From contig NC_087436.1 of NCBI RefSeq assembly GCF_036321535.1, positions 65,660,001 to 65,724,000 on the forward strand: a stretch of DNA of 64,000 nucleotides, in the 5' to 3' direction. Origin of the DNA: Camelus dromedarius (lineage: Eukaryota). The number at the start of each line of letters is the position of its first letter. Position 1 is the stretch's first letter. The position numbers and the translations under genes were made by a program. This document shows positions 26,851 through 41,634 of this stretch, piece after piece. Below the pieces are notes generated by a model. It was given only the letters and a program-made list of their open reading frames with translations, searched no databases and was not told the DNA's origin.

Positions 26851-28846
26851 TTCGTCTAAAATGTAAAAGGACTGTCAGATTTCTTTTTCCCATCTTAGGG
26901 CAATTTTTGGAAGTTATACTTATGTAAAATAAAATGTCTGCAGTTTTGATATGGTGGAAATTGAAAATACAATGAAATAGGATGAAACCAAATCAAATCC
27001 CAAGACCCTCAGAATTCATAATTTCACATATCAAATCCCTGTGATCTCAGCATCAGTACTTTATTCCCTTCTCTTTAGAAGTCACTCATGCATAGATGCC
27101 CTACCTTGACTTCAACATATATAAAATAAAATGTTTTTGCTTTCCAAATTTGTCATAGATTAATTTTTCCCCAAAGGTGTTAATATTTTCCAGACTACAA
27201 AGATCCAAATCTCTCACAAAGTAGTTCCTTGTAATATCTCTCAATTTTTAGTATTTATTATATACAGCTATTATTTACATCAATGGTCCCTAAACCTCAC
27301 TTATCATCAAAAAACATTTATTGAAGTACATAAGTTTTGTATAGGGCAACAGAGATTTAAGTAAAAATTTTTTTATCTCTGAAAATTGGCACTTTTTTCT
27401 GCTAGAATTTTCATGCAGGGATTTGTACCAAAGCATACCTCTTTTATTAAGAGTTGAAGTTTCTCTTTGTGCCATTCTGCATAGAGTGTATCTTGGCAAG
27501 CTCTTGTTCCTCTCCTGCCCACCCCCAGCACTTGCCACCTAAAGCTTATTAGCTTAGCTGACGGGCTTGGTGAGATCCAGAGGTCAGGCTGGGATTCACT
27601 CTACTGGGGTTCTGGTTAAGTCTCAGCCTTAGGCTAGGACCAATTCCACATTCTAGGCAGTGTAGCCTTTCTTTTCCTGTCCCTCTCCTGCCTGCAGTAC
27701 TGATCTCCATACTTAATTTTGCACTTCCTAAAGTGGGTTCAGACTCCCCTTTCTTGCTTTCCCTAGCTGTAATGAGTATTCACCAATATCTTAAAACCAG
27801 CAGTGTTGCCATTTTCCCCACGGTTAAGGTTTTTACTCCATTGTGGAGAGAAAGGAAATTTAGTTCACTGCAGGAATTTCCATTGAACAGGAAGGGTGTA
27901 GAGTTTCTCACCCCCAGTTTCTTTCTCACACCGCTGCTATCCTGCCCACATCGGCACCAACATGGACACTTGCTGGGGCTCTTTCTGATCTTTGTGTCTG
28001 TCCACCCTGTGGATTCATGGCCAAGATCCTGTAAAGGGCTGAAGATGCCCCAGTCTGGCCTCTCCGGGGATTTCACACTACCTTGCCACCCCACGCAGTC
28101 TTTCCCAATTTGTCCGAGCTTCCAGTTGAACTCTTCTTACTGCTGTCCTACCCCAGATGGGCCTGGGTTCCAGTCTCCTCTCCTCCTTAAGGTACTGTTT
28201 CTCCTCAGATTTGGGGCCAGCAGTTTCTTCTCCTACCTCAACTCTATGATGACTTTTGTGGGGGAAAAAGCCAGCAATTTGATATTAACTCTGAATTTTC
28301 TTGTTGAAAGGAGAGAAAAGAGCTTCTTTCAGTCCTCTGCATCCCGGGGCACAAAGCGGAAACTGACTTCATTTTTGAAGGATTTTTGTTACATGCAGAA
28401 CTTGAAGAAAGGCTTTGCTTCTTTCAGCACTTTAAATATGTCATTCCTTTGTTGGCTTTAAATTTTTTATATACTATGAACAAGTATATGCTTCTACATA
28501 GTCACAATAAAATTATCACACTCAGAAACACTTAAGAAATTTAATAATGATAAAGTGTTGTTACCTAATATAGAGTCTATATTCTGATTTCTCCTATTGT
28601 TTAGATAATGTACGCTTTATAATATCCTTTTTAACAATTTTATTTTTAATTGAGAATTCAATCAAGGATCCAATAATTGATAATTTATAATTCTAGAATC
28701 TTTTTTTTTTCTTACTTTCATGACATTAACATTTTAGAAGAGTCCTTGAAAGATAGGAGGTGAAAAATAACACAACTACGAAATAGCATTTGTGAAACTG
28801 GGGTTATCAAAGGGATACATTTCTCAGCAATTGCAAAGTTTAGAAC

Positions 28847-29053
28847 TCAGCTGTACAATATGGTAGCTACTAGCCACATGTGGCTAATTACATTTAAATT
28901 AATTTAATTAAAATAAAATAACAATTCATTTCTCCAATTCCACTAGCCACATTTTAAATGTTCAATAGACACATGAGGCTAGTGGATGTCATACTGTACA
29001 GTCCAAATACAGAACATTTTCTTTAATCCAGAAATTTCTGTTAAACAGCTCTG
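28847..29053 (-). mobile_element. MER3 hAT-Charlie DNA transposon (MITE)
   Basis: GGTAGCTACTAGCCACATGTGGCTA repeats, CAG...CTG termini. Confidence 0.85.
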
Positions 29054-32000
29054 GTACAGAATGTGGGAGCACAAACTTGGGTTAACAAATTTTGATACTG
29101 TAATGATAGCTTTTACCAAATAATATCCTCAACTTTATGTATTCTCACCTTTATGTAAGCACATTAGAAATGTATAGTCAAATGTATAAACAAAACCAAT
29201 GCTTTCTATATTTGTCTTTATACTGCTACTTCAAAGCAAAATGTCTAAAAGACTAAACTCTCAATACCAGTCACCATCTTATCTATGAAACAGCTTAGTT
29301 GCCTTGAAGCTGCTTTGCTAGCAGGAATCTGCTACAATCTGTCTCCTCGCCGTAAAAAGCAGAGACATGCTTTGCTTGCTTTGCTTAGTTCGAGGTCATA
29401 GATTCAGGGCTGCTTGTGCTTATGAAAAACCATAACTCGTCCCTTGCCCAAACTGGCAGGACATGCTTCGCTCATCAGGCGTAGGCGGATAGTCTAGGCT
29501 ACTCTTGCTCACAGAAGACTGTGACTTAGCCCTTAGCTGGGAACAGCTGGGCTGCTTCTCATGCTTAGATGATTTCTGATCATTGTATGGAGACTCTGTG
29601 GTGGTCTGGTTTTTCATTATCAATTGTTCAGAACACTGTAACCTTGCTCATGACTGAGGTTTAAAATAACCATTTGTACTATCAATATTGTAACATTCTA
29701 AGTATAAATTAAGATGATAATGTTTCTGTTTTTCACAAACTGAAACTACTGACCTGCATCCCTGCACGTACACCATGCCTCTTACTCATTCCTATGATGT
29801 ATTTTATTTTGATTCTTTGTTTGACTATTCTCAACAAATATGAGAGATTTGGAAGAGCTCGGGGAGTCGGTCTTCGGCTCCCTCTCACTCTCTTGACCTG
29901 AAAAAGTCTTGAGTAATCTCGTTCTTCTGCGGTGGGACTTTTGCTGGACAACACCCACAACGAACAGAACCCACGATAGAATATAACAGCCACATGGGTG
30001 GCTGAAGTGCTACGAGTACATGTGCAGTTCGTTAAGCTATAGGCTGTGGCTTGTAACAGAAGGACTTACAAAAGCTGACATGTATTTATCTTGACTTACT
30101 AATCTGAGTATAAGAAGACTGACAAAGCACCTTTAAATGTTAGAAGCTTAATGTCTTTTTATCTTGTTTCTCTTTCATAATCAGCACCTATCTTCATCAT
30201 CCATTTGGGTACAAGATGGCTACTCCATTTTCCATCATCATATTTGCACCCAAAGCCAGGTTTAAAAGTGACAGAAAATAAGGGTTCTCCCCTTTCCTTT
30301 AAAGTTGAGATGTAAAAGTAACATATGGCTTCCACTTTTATTCCACTGGCAAAAAATCTGGTCGTATTAACACATTTCTCCAAGGTATGGAGAGAAATAT
30401 TATTTTTAGTTAGGTAGTATGTGCTTACCCAAAACTCAAGAGATTCTAAACCTCAAGGAGAAAAATATGGTGGTAGAGGACAACCATCAGTGTCTGCCAA
30501 AGTATTGGATTGAGAAAAAATATTACTCATCTCTTTTTATATTCCATCACTATAGTGCTGAATTTATTCATTATTCATTATTAAATTTATATTCTCAGGA
30601 ATTTATTATATAAGTCATAATATTAAATGAACTAATAGTCCTTGAAGGTATGACAAGGTAATTGTTTAGTGCTTTGTACTTTTTTCCTAAACTTTCCCAC
30701 ATTTATTTCACGTGTTCTTTGTCAATGAAAATTAAGGGTTTAGTATGTTCTGCAAATAGTTCAAAGTCCTCAGGGTACAACAGTGAACAAAGTAGCCAGT
30801 GATTTTGTCACTACAATCATATAAACATAAATTCCTAGGTAAAGTATTTACATATAATTAGTCACAGTGATAAAAATAAAATAGGAAAATAGGTCTGGGC
30901 AGTCCTTTAGCTAAGATAATCAGGTTAGACTTCTCTGACTCAAGTTGGATATAGATGCACAAAAGTTGTTTGACCTATTTCAGATATCATGGTGGATTCA
31001 TTGGAGAAAATTCACAGGCAAAGAAATAATATAATGCATTTAGTTCTTTTAATTTTCATTATTTCATAGTATAGCACCGATGTTCTGTATATTCCTTGCC
31101 AAATTTCTAGCAGAAATGTCCTTCCCAGGGTTGGCAGGCTGCGCAAAGGACAGAGAATACTTCAAAAGAATGAACGTACCCCACAGCTATGCTGTATTGT
31201 GTATTTATAGGTTAACATAATAGGGAATAGAAAGTGCCTAGTTTCTCTGGGATGCAGAAGTACGTCCAGACCCAGAAGAAAAAGCAAAGAACATGTATTC
31301 CAAGGGTCAAGAACTATAGTTCTAGGGTCCTCCGAACACATTGCGTACCAAGAACGCTAACCTCAGGCAAAGGCCTTTTTCCAATAAAGACTGGTTCAAT
31401 CCACCTGGGCCAGCTATGATCAACTACCCAAAGGGAAAAGGAAAAGGAAATAAAGCCCTAAGGACAACTAGATTCATCTCCCATCTCTATAGAGATTACA
31501 TTAGAACAATTTCAGTGATGAGTTGTAGGTAGTCATATGCAAATTCCAACGGAAACTGCTCTTAGAGAAAACTAGTAAATTAAAGGAGATTTTGAAATTG
31601 ATCTTGTTAATGAGCAGACTGTCAGAATTGTGAATAAAACTGTAAAGTAAAACTTTAACTCATGACGTATTTTAATCAATAATGTTTACCATAATTTATT
31701 TAATTGTAATTCAGGAAAAATAAAGCTCTAGAAATGGATTATTTACTAAATATTAAAATCTGCTAATTTATCCTGGAAAAATTGTCGTGAGATACTTAAC
31801 ACCATCTATATTCACAGATAAAGATAGAGAAGCTTAGTGTGATTTTTTAACTTCCTCAAGGTAACATAATTATGAAGGATCAAACTATCAAACTATCACT
31901 AGAAAAATCTGTCTGATTCCAAACTCCTACACAGCACTGTTTTCTCCTAATAACAACATCCTTAATTTCCAGGATACATAGGAGAGTCTTCTAGCATTAC

Positions 32001-33479
32001 ATATCTTGACACCATTTTTTCAACATACATTTTTTACTTGAAAGTGAATTTAACATATTACCATAAGAAACTAGTTTAATAAATTGGTGTTCTGCTTCTG
32101 CAACCACAGTGTACTAGCACCTTAGTTCATAAGCTTTCAAAGGACAGGAACTTTGTCCATAAAGCTCATTTACAAGAGTAAATATAATGTCCTCAGCAAG
32201 TTATGAATCTCAAGTTTCTAATAAAAGAGAGTGATCAAAGAATAACTTAGAAATAATTTTTTGCTGATTTATAAGTTGAGGTCCTTCATGATAGAAATTG
32301 TAAAAAAAAAACTCCGCATATTAGATGAATAAGCAAATTTTCACTTCAAGAATACAAAATATTTTCTTTATTGAAATTTTTGATTTAATATATTGTTCTT
32401 TAACGTGGTCTTTTCCTTTTTATTTTCTTTTTATTTCCTAACTTTCTAAAAGTTATGTTAGAATTTTTCACATATCCAAATGACTCTAGCATTCAGTGGC
32501 TGTCGAGTTTGTTTCTTATAAATCAGATTTCATCACTAAGACAAAACTGAATGACCCCAGAAATGCTAAAAAAAAAAAAAAAATCCTCCATGCCTGAAAT
32601 AAGAATCTCTAAGGTTCTATGAAGGTTATTCATAATTTTAATGAATGTTTCATTAACTGTCTCAACTATTACTTAGTTTATCCATTCTTTTTTAATTTAT
32701 TAGTAAACTTATTTGTCAAATATTTATTCTTTCAATCTTTAAACACAAATGGTGACTATGGCTTACATCCTGCCTTCATCTGTTTTAAACTGAATCAATG
32801 TAGCATAATGAAAAGAGTCTGGTTTTAGAGTGAGGGTGTCTGGAAATTGGATCCTGGCTCTTCTACTTTGTGAACTTGGCCAAGCCACTGAAACTCTCTA
32901 AGATTCAGCATACTAGTCTATAAAATAAGAATATAATTATATCTCTCCATAAGAGTGGTTGAAATCTTAAACATATTTTATTTCACAAATTCTAAACAAA
33001 CTATATGATAGGCGTTATCTATTTTAGAACACCTTGATCCATATTTAAGTATTTTAATTAGTGCTTACTTTGAAGTGAACACCTATGCGATTAATTTCCT
33101 GAAAAACTATATATACAGTCTCATTAAATTATGTCTATATATTGATTACAATGTTTCCTCTCTATCATATAATTAAGTCAATGAAAGTAAATCATCTAAA
33201 GCTGGTCATAAAAAAGACTGGACTTTTAAGATTATTATCCATTTATATTGTAAATATAGATGATAATAAAGATATGTTTTAGATTTTTCTATATTACAGC
33301 AGCCAACAAAATTTACACAGCACAATGTATGTGCATATCTCTGTAAATACTTTAGTTTATTTTTCTTTTTAAACTATTTTTAACTTAGGTAAGCTGTAAG
33401 TGCATTTCACTGTATGTACCAAGATTATGATTTACTACCAGAGAAATTTATGTTAAATTTGAAAAGTGATATAAAACAA

Positions 33480-33948
33480 CAGACATAATGCTGTGAAGGC
33501 TGGTGTAGAGCACTAGACTCTAAATTGCTTTGTTAGCAAGGAGCAACAGCTGGATCTGAGCTCCTCCAGATCCTATTAGATCTCTTCCTTCAATTTCTCT
33601 TTGTTCTGGGATGTGTCTATGCCACTTAATGAAAAAGAGAGCCAGAGTTTTCTGTAGGTTGTCCATGTCATGGAGGTTGGAGGCCAGTTTGAACTCATTG
33701 GTTCAAATTTTTCTTATTGGAGCTAGTTGATCCTCACAATTTCCCACATCACATCTAGTTTTCCTTTCTGATTACTATTGCTCTAGACCCTCATCTGCTT
33801 CAGGCTCATCATCTGACAAAAGAGGCAAGAACCTCCCATAGATGTCTTCATGTAATCCTCAAATACTTCAGAACCAATTTCTATAGTATATCCTTTATTT
33901 TATATCAGTCACAGTAGTTCTACCTTCCTTGATTGAACTACAGAACAC
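33480..33948 (+). mobile_element. Old ERV-L LTR fragment (LTR16/LTR41-like)
   Basis: 3' end AGTAGTTCTACCTTCCTTGATTGAACTACAGAACA resembles ERV-L LTR termini. Confidence 0.4.
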
Positions 33949-33994
33949 AAATCCCAGGCATATCTGGTATATATGAGATATATATAAAGTAAAG

Positions 33995-35583
33995 TAATAT
34001 AAAACTAATGAAATTGCCAAACCAATATTGAAGAAAAAGAACAAAGCTAGAGTCATAACCCTGCCAGACTTTAGACAATACTACAGAGCTACAGTAATCA
34101 AAACATCATGGTATTGGTAGAAAAATAGACTTATGGATCAATGGAACAGAATAGAGAGCCCAGAAATAAACCCACACATCTACAGTGAATTAATCTTCAA
34201 TAAATGAGGCAAGAATATGCAATGGAGAAAATAGTCTCTTTTGCAAGTAGTGTCAGGAAAGCTGGACAGCTGCATGTAAATCAATGAAGTTAGAACACTC
34301 CCTCACACTATACATAAAAGTAAACTCAAAATGGCTTAAAGAGTTAAACATGAGACAATACACCATAAACCTCCTAAAAGAGAACACGGGCAAAACATTC
34401 TCTGTCATAACTCTCAGTGATATTCTCCTAGGGCAGTCTACTGAGGCAATAGAAATAAAAGCAAAAATAAACAAATGGGATATAATTAAACTTACAAGCT
34501 TTTGCATAGCAAAGGAAACCATAAACAAAATGAAAAGACATACTATGAAATGGGAGAAAATATTCTCAAATGATGTGATTGACAAGGGCTTATTTTCCAG
34601 AATAAACAAACAGCTCATGTAATTCAATAACAAAAAAACCAAACAACCCAAGTCAATAATGGGCAGAACCTAAGCAAACATTACCCCAGGAATACATACA
34701 AATGGCCAACAGGCACATTAAAAAATGCTCAATATTGCTAATTACCAGAGAAATGCAAATCAAAACTACAATGAGGTATCACCTCACACTAGTCAGAATG
34801 GCCATCATTCAAAAATCCACAAATGACAAATGCTGGAGAGGCTGTGGAGAAAGGGGAACCCTCCTACACTGCTGGTGGGAATGCAGTTTGGTGCAGCCAC
34901 TGTGGAAAACAGTATGGAGATTCCTCAAAAGATTAGGAATAGACTTACCGTATGACCCAGGAATCCCACTCCTGGGCATATATCCAGAAGGAACCCTACT
35001 TCAGGATGACACCTGCACCCCAATGTTCATAGCAGCACTATTTACAATAGCCAAGACATGGAAACAGCCTAAATGTCCATCAACAGATGACTGGATAAAG
35101 AAGAAGTGGTATATTTATACAATGGAATACTATTCAGCCATAAAAACCAACAACATAATGCCATTTGCAGCAACATGGATGCTCCTGGAGAATGTCATTC
35201 TAAGTGAAGTAAGCCAGAAAGAGAAAGAAAAATACCATATGAGATTGCTCATATGTGGAATCTAAAACAAAAACAACAACAACAACAAAAGCATAAGTAC
35301 AAAACAGAAATAGACTCATAGACATAGAATACAAACTTGTGGTTGCCAAGGGGGCAGAGGGTGGGAAGGGATAGACGGGATTTCAAAATTGTAGAACAGA
35401 TAAACAAGATTATACTGTATAGCACAGGGAAATATACACAAGATCTTATGGAAGCTCACAGAGAAAAAAATGTCTCAATGAATATATATATGTTCATGTA
35501 TAACTGAAAAATTGTGCTCTACACTGGAATTTGACACAACATTGTAAAATGATTAAAAATCAATAAAAAATGTTTTAAAAAAA
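33995..35583 (+). mobile_element. 5'-truncated lineage-specific L1 (ORF2 C-terminus and 3' UTR)
   Basis: ORF 34702-35265 is the L1 ORF2p C-terminus with the [18 protein letters not shown] cysteine motif. ORF 34284-34622 is upstream ORF2. 3' UTR with AATAAA and A tail. Confidence 0.95.
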
Positions 35584-35599
35584 GCCATGATAATGAAAA

Positions 35600-37040
35600 T
35601 TCTACACACAAAAATCTAAAAAAAAGATGTCTTTAAAGAATTAGAAAAAAGAAAAAGGAATAGAATAATAAAAAGCATAAGTTAATAAGTTATAAAATAG
35701 AAAAATGAAACTGATCAATTTTTTTAACTTTGAAAGGAGCACAAATATGCAAAATAAATGTCAAAGAGGAATAACTATCAAAACAAAGAAAAATTTAAAA
35801 ACAGAGATTGACTTGCTCAAAATTAGTCAAAAAAATTTGTTAACATAGGTCAGAGGTCAGAAACCTTTTTCAATGTAGGTCCAGATAGTAAACATTTTCA
35901 GCTATGTGAGTCAAAACTGTCTCAACAATTCAACTCTGCCATTTTAGTGTGAAAACAGCCATAGACAAAGCCCAAATGAATGAGCATGGCCATATTTTGC
36001 CCTGGGTTATAATGTGCTGATGCTCTCTTAGATGATATGGAAAATTTCCGAAGAAAACATAATTGATCAAAAAATGAATGCTGTAAAGAAAGGGAGTTTA
36101 ATTAAATAAATTTCACATTAAAGATATAGAGCATATTATTTCATCTACCCTTACAACAATGAACCAAATCTAAATGGTGTTACAGATAAATTCTATCAAA
36201 ATGTGAAAAGCCATATCATCATGGTACTCTGCCAGGTACTTTAACTGTCTGCATCATATATGAAGAAATATGATTAAATATTATTTTAATAAAATAAGAT
36301 GAACATTGATTTAGTGATTCAAATATTGAAATAGTAACAAAAAGAACCCCAAAATACATTAAAATTATACATTATAATTAAATGGTATTTAATCCAAAAC
36401 TGCAAGAATAACTCAATAACATGATTCACCACTAAATATATCTGAAAAGTCATGTGGTTATCTTTAGTATCCTGAATAGTGAGTCAACAAATTTAACAAC
36501 CATTCCTGGTTTTGTCACACCTATCATCTATATAGTTACTTATCATCTATTTATGTATCTATTTGTCATCCAACATATTATGTTGCTATCTTACTTGCAA
36601 CACTAACGTCATTCCTGCTAAAGTCAAAAATAAGAGAAAAAATGCTCTCTCTATTCATTACCATTTAAAAATAGTAATGATACGTCAGCCAATGCAATTA
36701 GAAAACAAAAAGAGCCATAAGAAACAGAAGAGAAGAAATAACGATCTATTTACAAATAATATACCTAGAATATGAAGAAAATTAATGCTAAAGCTGAAAC
36801 AGAGAAAAAAGAATTTAACAATCTAACAAGGTATAAAATTGGCCCCAAAATAGCCTTTAATATATACTTAAAATAATAATTTAAAAGGCATAATTGAAGA
36901 AAAAAATCTATTCACATTAGCAACAAAAAAGATAAAGCATTTAGAAATAAACAGCAAAAAGAATGAAAACATCTATGAGGAAAACACTTCAAAATTATGG
37001 AAGTTATTGATATAGGTTTGCATAAATTAAAGACATCTTC
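35600..37040 (+). mobile_element. Ancient L1 ORF2 remnant
   Basis: A-rich decayed RT-region sequence, interrupted by a MER58-like element. Confidence 0.55.
35851..36027 (+). mobile_element. MER58A-like hAT DNA transposon
   Basis: CAGAGGTCAG...CCAGATAGTAAACATTTT...CAACTCTGCCATT...GCCATAGACA pattern. Confidence 0.75.
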
Positions 37041-40000
37041 TCTAGTATATGACCACCACTTGGTGGGGATAGTTGAACAAGTAAAAATATGATCTTCTCA
37101 TTACAGAGAAAAAACGTGGATTTTATTGGGAGATGGAGCAGCATTAGGCAATGCTAACTAGAATCTGTGATTTTATAGGTGGTGACTGAGCTGGGGTAAA
37201 ATTAATCATGAGAAATAAACCATTTAAATAGTCATGATAAGAGGACTAGGGAAGTGTCATCATTATGAACACTGAAGGTCCTCAGAATGATGTCAGAAAT
37301 ATGAATGAAGAGAAATACAGTGAACCAAGTGTGCAAACCATCAGTGCATGAAGGGGAGTATCTCAGACCAAGGAAATCTCTAGATGAGTGTGACATTAAG
37401 AAGGTGGCACGCATTGCAATTTGTAATCAGATTAGTTGCTCTTTCCTCAGAGTTTCCAAACTACTTTAATTATGGCTTTATTAAAACATATATTTTAATT
37501 ACCATTACCATTGTTTGCTCTTGAATTCTTGTCTACGGCAGTATGCTGAAATTTGTAGGCACTGATTTTTTTTATAGGTTGATATTCTCTGAAGAGTGAA
37601 ATTATGTATTTAATCTAAGAGAATAATTTCCATAAGGATAGGAAGGGAGTCTTGTATACAATTTAAAAATGCAAATAAGAGAATGAAGATTTGAATGTTA
37701 TATCCTTACCTTTCTATGTAAAAAATAAAGGAGAGTCGTTTGTTTGGCTTTATTTTTTAAAGAAGTATTGTGATTTTAGGCTGCAGGAATATATGGGCCA
37801 TCAAATCACAGCATGATTTGTCTTTAAGTTATGAATCTCAAACTTTAATAGGAACTTTGACATCATAATGTTCTTCATTAAAAGAATAATAAAAACTGCA
37901 TGATGAAAAAAATTAATAAATGGACAAGTACACTTTAGAAAAGAAAATCAAGAGGACTCCGGATATTTAGCATGTTGCTGTCTAAAAGAAGACATCATGA
38001 TACCAAATCATTCAGAATAAACAGATAGAGATTATAAAATGTTTAAACCTGAAGAACAACTCTTCAGGTCGTGTATTTGAGAATAATCTTCCCTAGGAAA
38101 GAATGAGCTTCTCTTAACCTGACTGATGTAAGTGAAGACTTTAAGTTCCACCTCTTTAGGAACAATATAGAATGTTCCCCTCTTGAGGAATACAATGGTA
38201 TTAGATGGTTTCTAAGACTCCTTATAAGCCTTATAGTTAATAATTCTGCATAATATTTGATAGAGTAAATAGTGTGTTAATAACTTACTTGATTAATAAC
38301 TCATTTTCATATACCAACTCTTATTTAGAGTAGAATTTAAGTATAATTGCATGAGTATATTTTATCTCAGGGGATAAGCAATAATTCCATTAATTTTTTA
38401 GATAACATGAAAAGAAAAAATGTACTTTCAGTTCACTACTACAAAAGTAATTTCAGATAATCCTATAAAACTAAAAAAATAAAGCATTATGCCTTGATGT
38501 CAAGGCTGGAAGTAAATTTTTGGTGTTTAAAAAATGAATTTCTTTGTCCTCTTAATTTATGAGAGAAATAAGTTGGTCTTACTTTAGAAGCTAACATTTA
38601 TAAATAGTGAATTTGAATTTACATGAAGTTAATAGGACTTTTATAAGTAATAACTCTTAAAATAGGATAGAGGGAGAGGAAAATATTACTTGCAGTACAT
38701 ATTTTAAAATCCATAAAATTATATGATACTACAAGCAGGATAATAATTATGTAATAACCAGCCATCAAATTCAAGGTCACAATTTCCTGGGAGGGATGAA
38801 TATTTATTAATATTCATATTTCTATTATAATTTCTGAAGTACATTATATATAGTAAATTCACTGCTAAAAAATAGTTTCAGCAAAAATATAGAATATAAA
38901 ATCTGTCCTGAATGATTTAGGAGATCATCTACATTTAGACAGACATATAGGATACATCTTTAAACAAAACATTAGCATAGTTACTTCTAAGCATTATTCT
39001 ACATGTTCTATATACTTTGGAAGAACTTCCAAATGAAGCATCAATTTATATTTTCTGAAAATAAAAGGTATGTAATAAATTATTTTACAAATAATTTTAA
39101 AACAACAAATAAAGTTACTTACATTGATGTTTTTCAAGTGTTTGGTACATTGTAGTATTTCTTTCCAAAATTAATTCATATTTATTTATGCATCATAGTA
39201 GAATGAGGAAATCTAAGATCACTCTCAAGAAAAAAAGTTGAAACTTGAGATGGAATAGCCTTGATCTTTAAAAATGAAAAATGAAGCATATGGATTAGCT
39301 ATTTATACTGAAAGCAGTTTTACAATGAAAATACTACGTGTACAAGCTGCAGTTTGATCAGTCCTAAGCAGCTTGTGGATTGAGTGAAAGTTTGTAAGCT
39401 GTAAATAAGTACCATCTTTTTTTTTTTAATAAAGTAACTAGAATTATATAGTTAGGCTTCATCAAAGTTTTGTTATGGTTTTGCTGTTTGTTTTATTTTA
39501 AATTATTTCTGAGATAGGCTGTTTGATACAACATAAGAGATTTTTTGTGTCATGTTTTTCATAGTGGTATTTGTTAATCTTATGTAAAGAATATTACAAT
39601 GGTAAAGTTGACATCCACACATTTTAGAAATGATTCTTTTAACTAATAATGAAGCACAGCAGAAATGATGTGGGAACTGATCTCACAAATGAGTGAAAAT
39701 TACTTTTGTATTATTGTGCATACAGAAGATATTTTTTATACAAATTGTGCTCCCTGCCATTTTAATTCAAGATTTAGAGTATATATGTTATTACAACTTT
39801 TAAATTAGACTCTGTGTTTTCAAAGAGTATCTATATAAAAATGTATGAGCTGCTTTTTTGATGCAAAGGGAAGGGAAAATCAATTAATGTTAATTATTAT
39901 TTCAACTTAAATTTTGTTAAACTTAAATGTTAAATTTTGTGTACACCAAAATGTTTAGCTAAGATTGATTTCTTTCATATATTCTGAATATAACCAATGA

Positions 40001-41290
40001 GTGGTTATTTCTGTTTTCTAAATGTTATTTCTGTTATATATAAAGCAGGGGCTATATCTATTTATAAATCTATTCTAAGTATCTTATAGAATCTTATGTA
40101 GCTGTAAGATATGTAAGTATCTTAGAGTATTATATATAATACATATATTTCTATGAGATACTGAAAATAGATATATAATTTTATAGAATAGCAGAAGGTG
40201 AATGGGAATCAGTCAGTTGTTTATTTTTTAAATTTCACTCTATTTACTGCTTTAAAATGAACAAAAACATGTAAACAAACCAATCAGCCAAAGAAAAAAA
40301 TGAACAAAACCAAATATCACAAAGAATCTACTTTAAAAATCAAAGGGCTATCCATCGTTTTCTTTTACAGTATTATATTTTAAGCTGTTATTTTGAAAGA
40401 CTATGTTGTGACCTTACTGCAATTCAAAACCTTTTCTTCTCATTTAAGATTATTTCTGTACATATATAGAAAATAATTTAGCTGAGAATGCTCGTTGGAC
40501 TTGGTCTTAATGTGTATTTTTTTTCTGAGCATTTCTAGTGTATTGCCTAAAAAAGATATAAGGTGATATAACTGCATACACTTTAAATATTAAATTGAAG
40601 AACACAGTATCATAGTAATAAAAGAAAGACTATATCAGAGAGTCATATCAGCAAAAAGGTAGCATAGGAATTTCTATTGGCTACTCCCCCTGCAGACACA
40701 TCAATTCAATTAACTATCTGTGGACAAAATTACCTTCACAAGAGCCAAGGATTCCAGCCCCCATTTCACCCAGGCACCTGCTGGCTCCAGAGGCTTCAGG
40801 CAGCTCCCATGACACCAGACTCCAAATGAACTCTCAGAAACCCAAGTCTCCATTACCCCTACCCAAGACCAGGTAGCCCAGGCCTGAGAGACACCCTCCT
40901 GGTGGGAAAAGGGAAAAGGGCAGTAAAGTGAGGGACTCACTTTACTGTGAACCCCAGAGTCAGCCTGCCTCAGCATCAGACCAGCTCTCACAGTTCCAGG
41001 TGGCTCCCTATGGGCTTTTTCTGCCAAGCCAAGGTCCCCCTCCCTGCTCAGCCCAGTGTCTACCAGCTCCAGTGGCCCAAGCAGTGGCCCCAGCTGGCTC
41101 TAGTAGCTTCAAACCACATCCTTGGAACCAAGTTCCTAGTAGGCTTCCATGAACCCAGAACCTGGCTCACCCCTGTGCTTGCCTAGTGCAGCTGCTCCAG
41201 GCTCTGTGCTGGATCCCAGGAACCAAAAACCCTGTCTCTCCCTGGTGCCCACGGACTCCAGCAGTCCCAGCGACCTCCTCAGAACCAGGC

Positions 41291-41634
41291 TGTCAGCCGA
41301 GGGAGGCTGAAGAGGGATTCCAGGAGGTGGGCTGCCCAGTTGGAAGAAGGTGCAAGGAGCCGATATAATGTGCGAGGAGCCGACACAGAGCAAACAGCAC
41401 TTTATTACAGAACAAGTGGGTGGTGAGCGCAGGTGTACGCACTTGTCCTTTTATGATGCCGGCACATACATATTGTTCATAATGCTGACTCATGCTATTG
41501 ACTCTTGCGTATTGTTCATAATGCTAACTCCTGCTACTAGCACATGCGTACACTTATTTTTTACCTCATACACATGCAAGTTATTGTGACCTTTGACCTG
41601 GGTTCCAGGGCCTACTCACTTAAGACTGCTGACT
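41291..41634 (-). mobile_element. 3' LTR of ERV-S-like provirus (344 bp)
   Basis: Homologous to 45368-45673, with roughly 36 differences by hand count plus one extra 39-bp U3 repeat unit. Preceded by the PPT. The 5' TG is mutated to AG. Confidence 0.95.

Noticed and set aside
27733..28461. 242-aa ORF, the longest in the track
   Set aside because: Non-ATG start, no recognisable domain, and its 3' part resembles antisense old L1 sequence. Treated as spurious.
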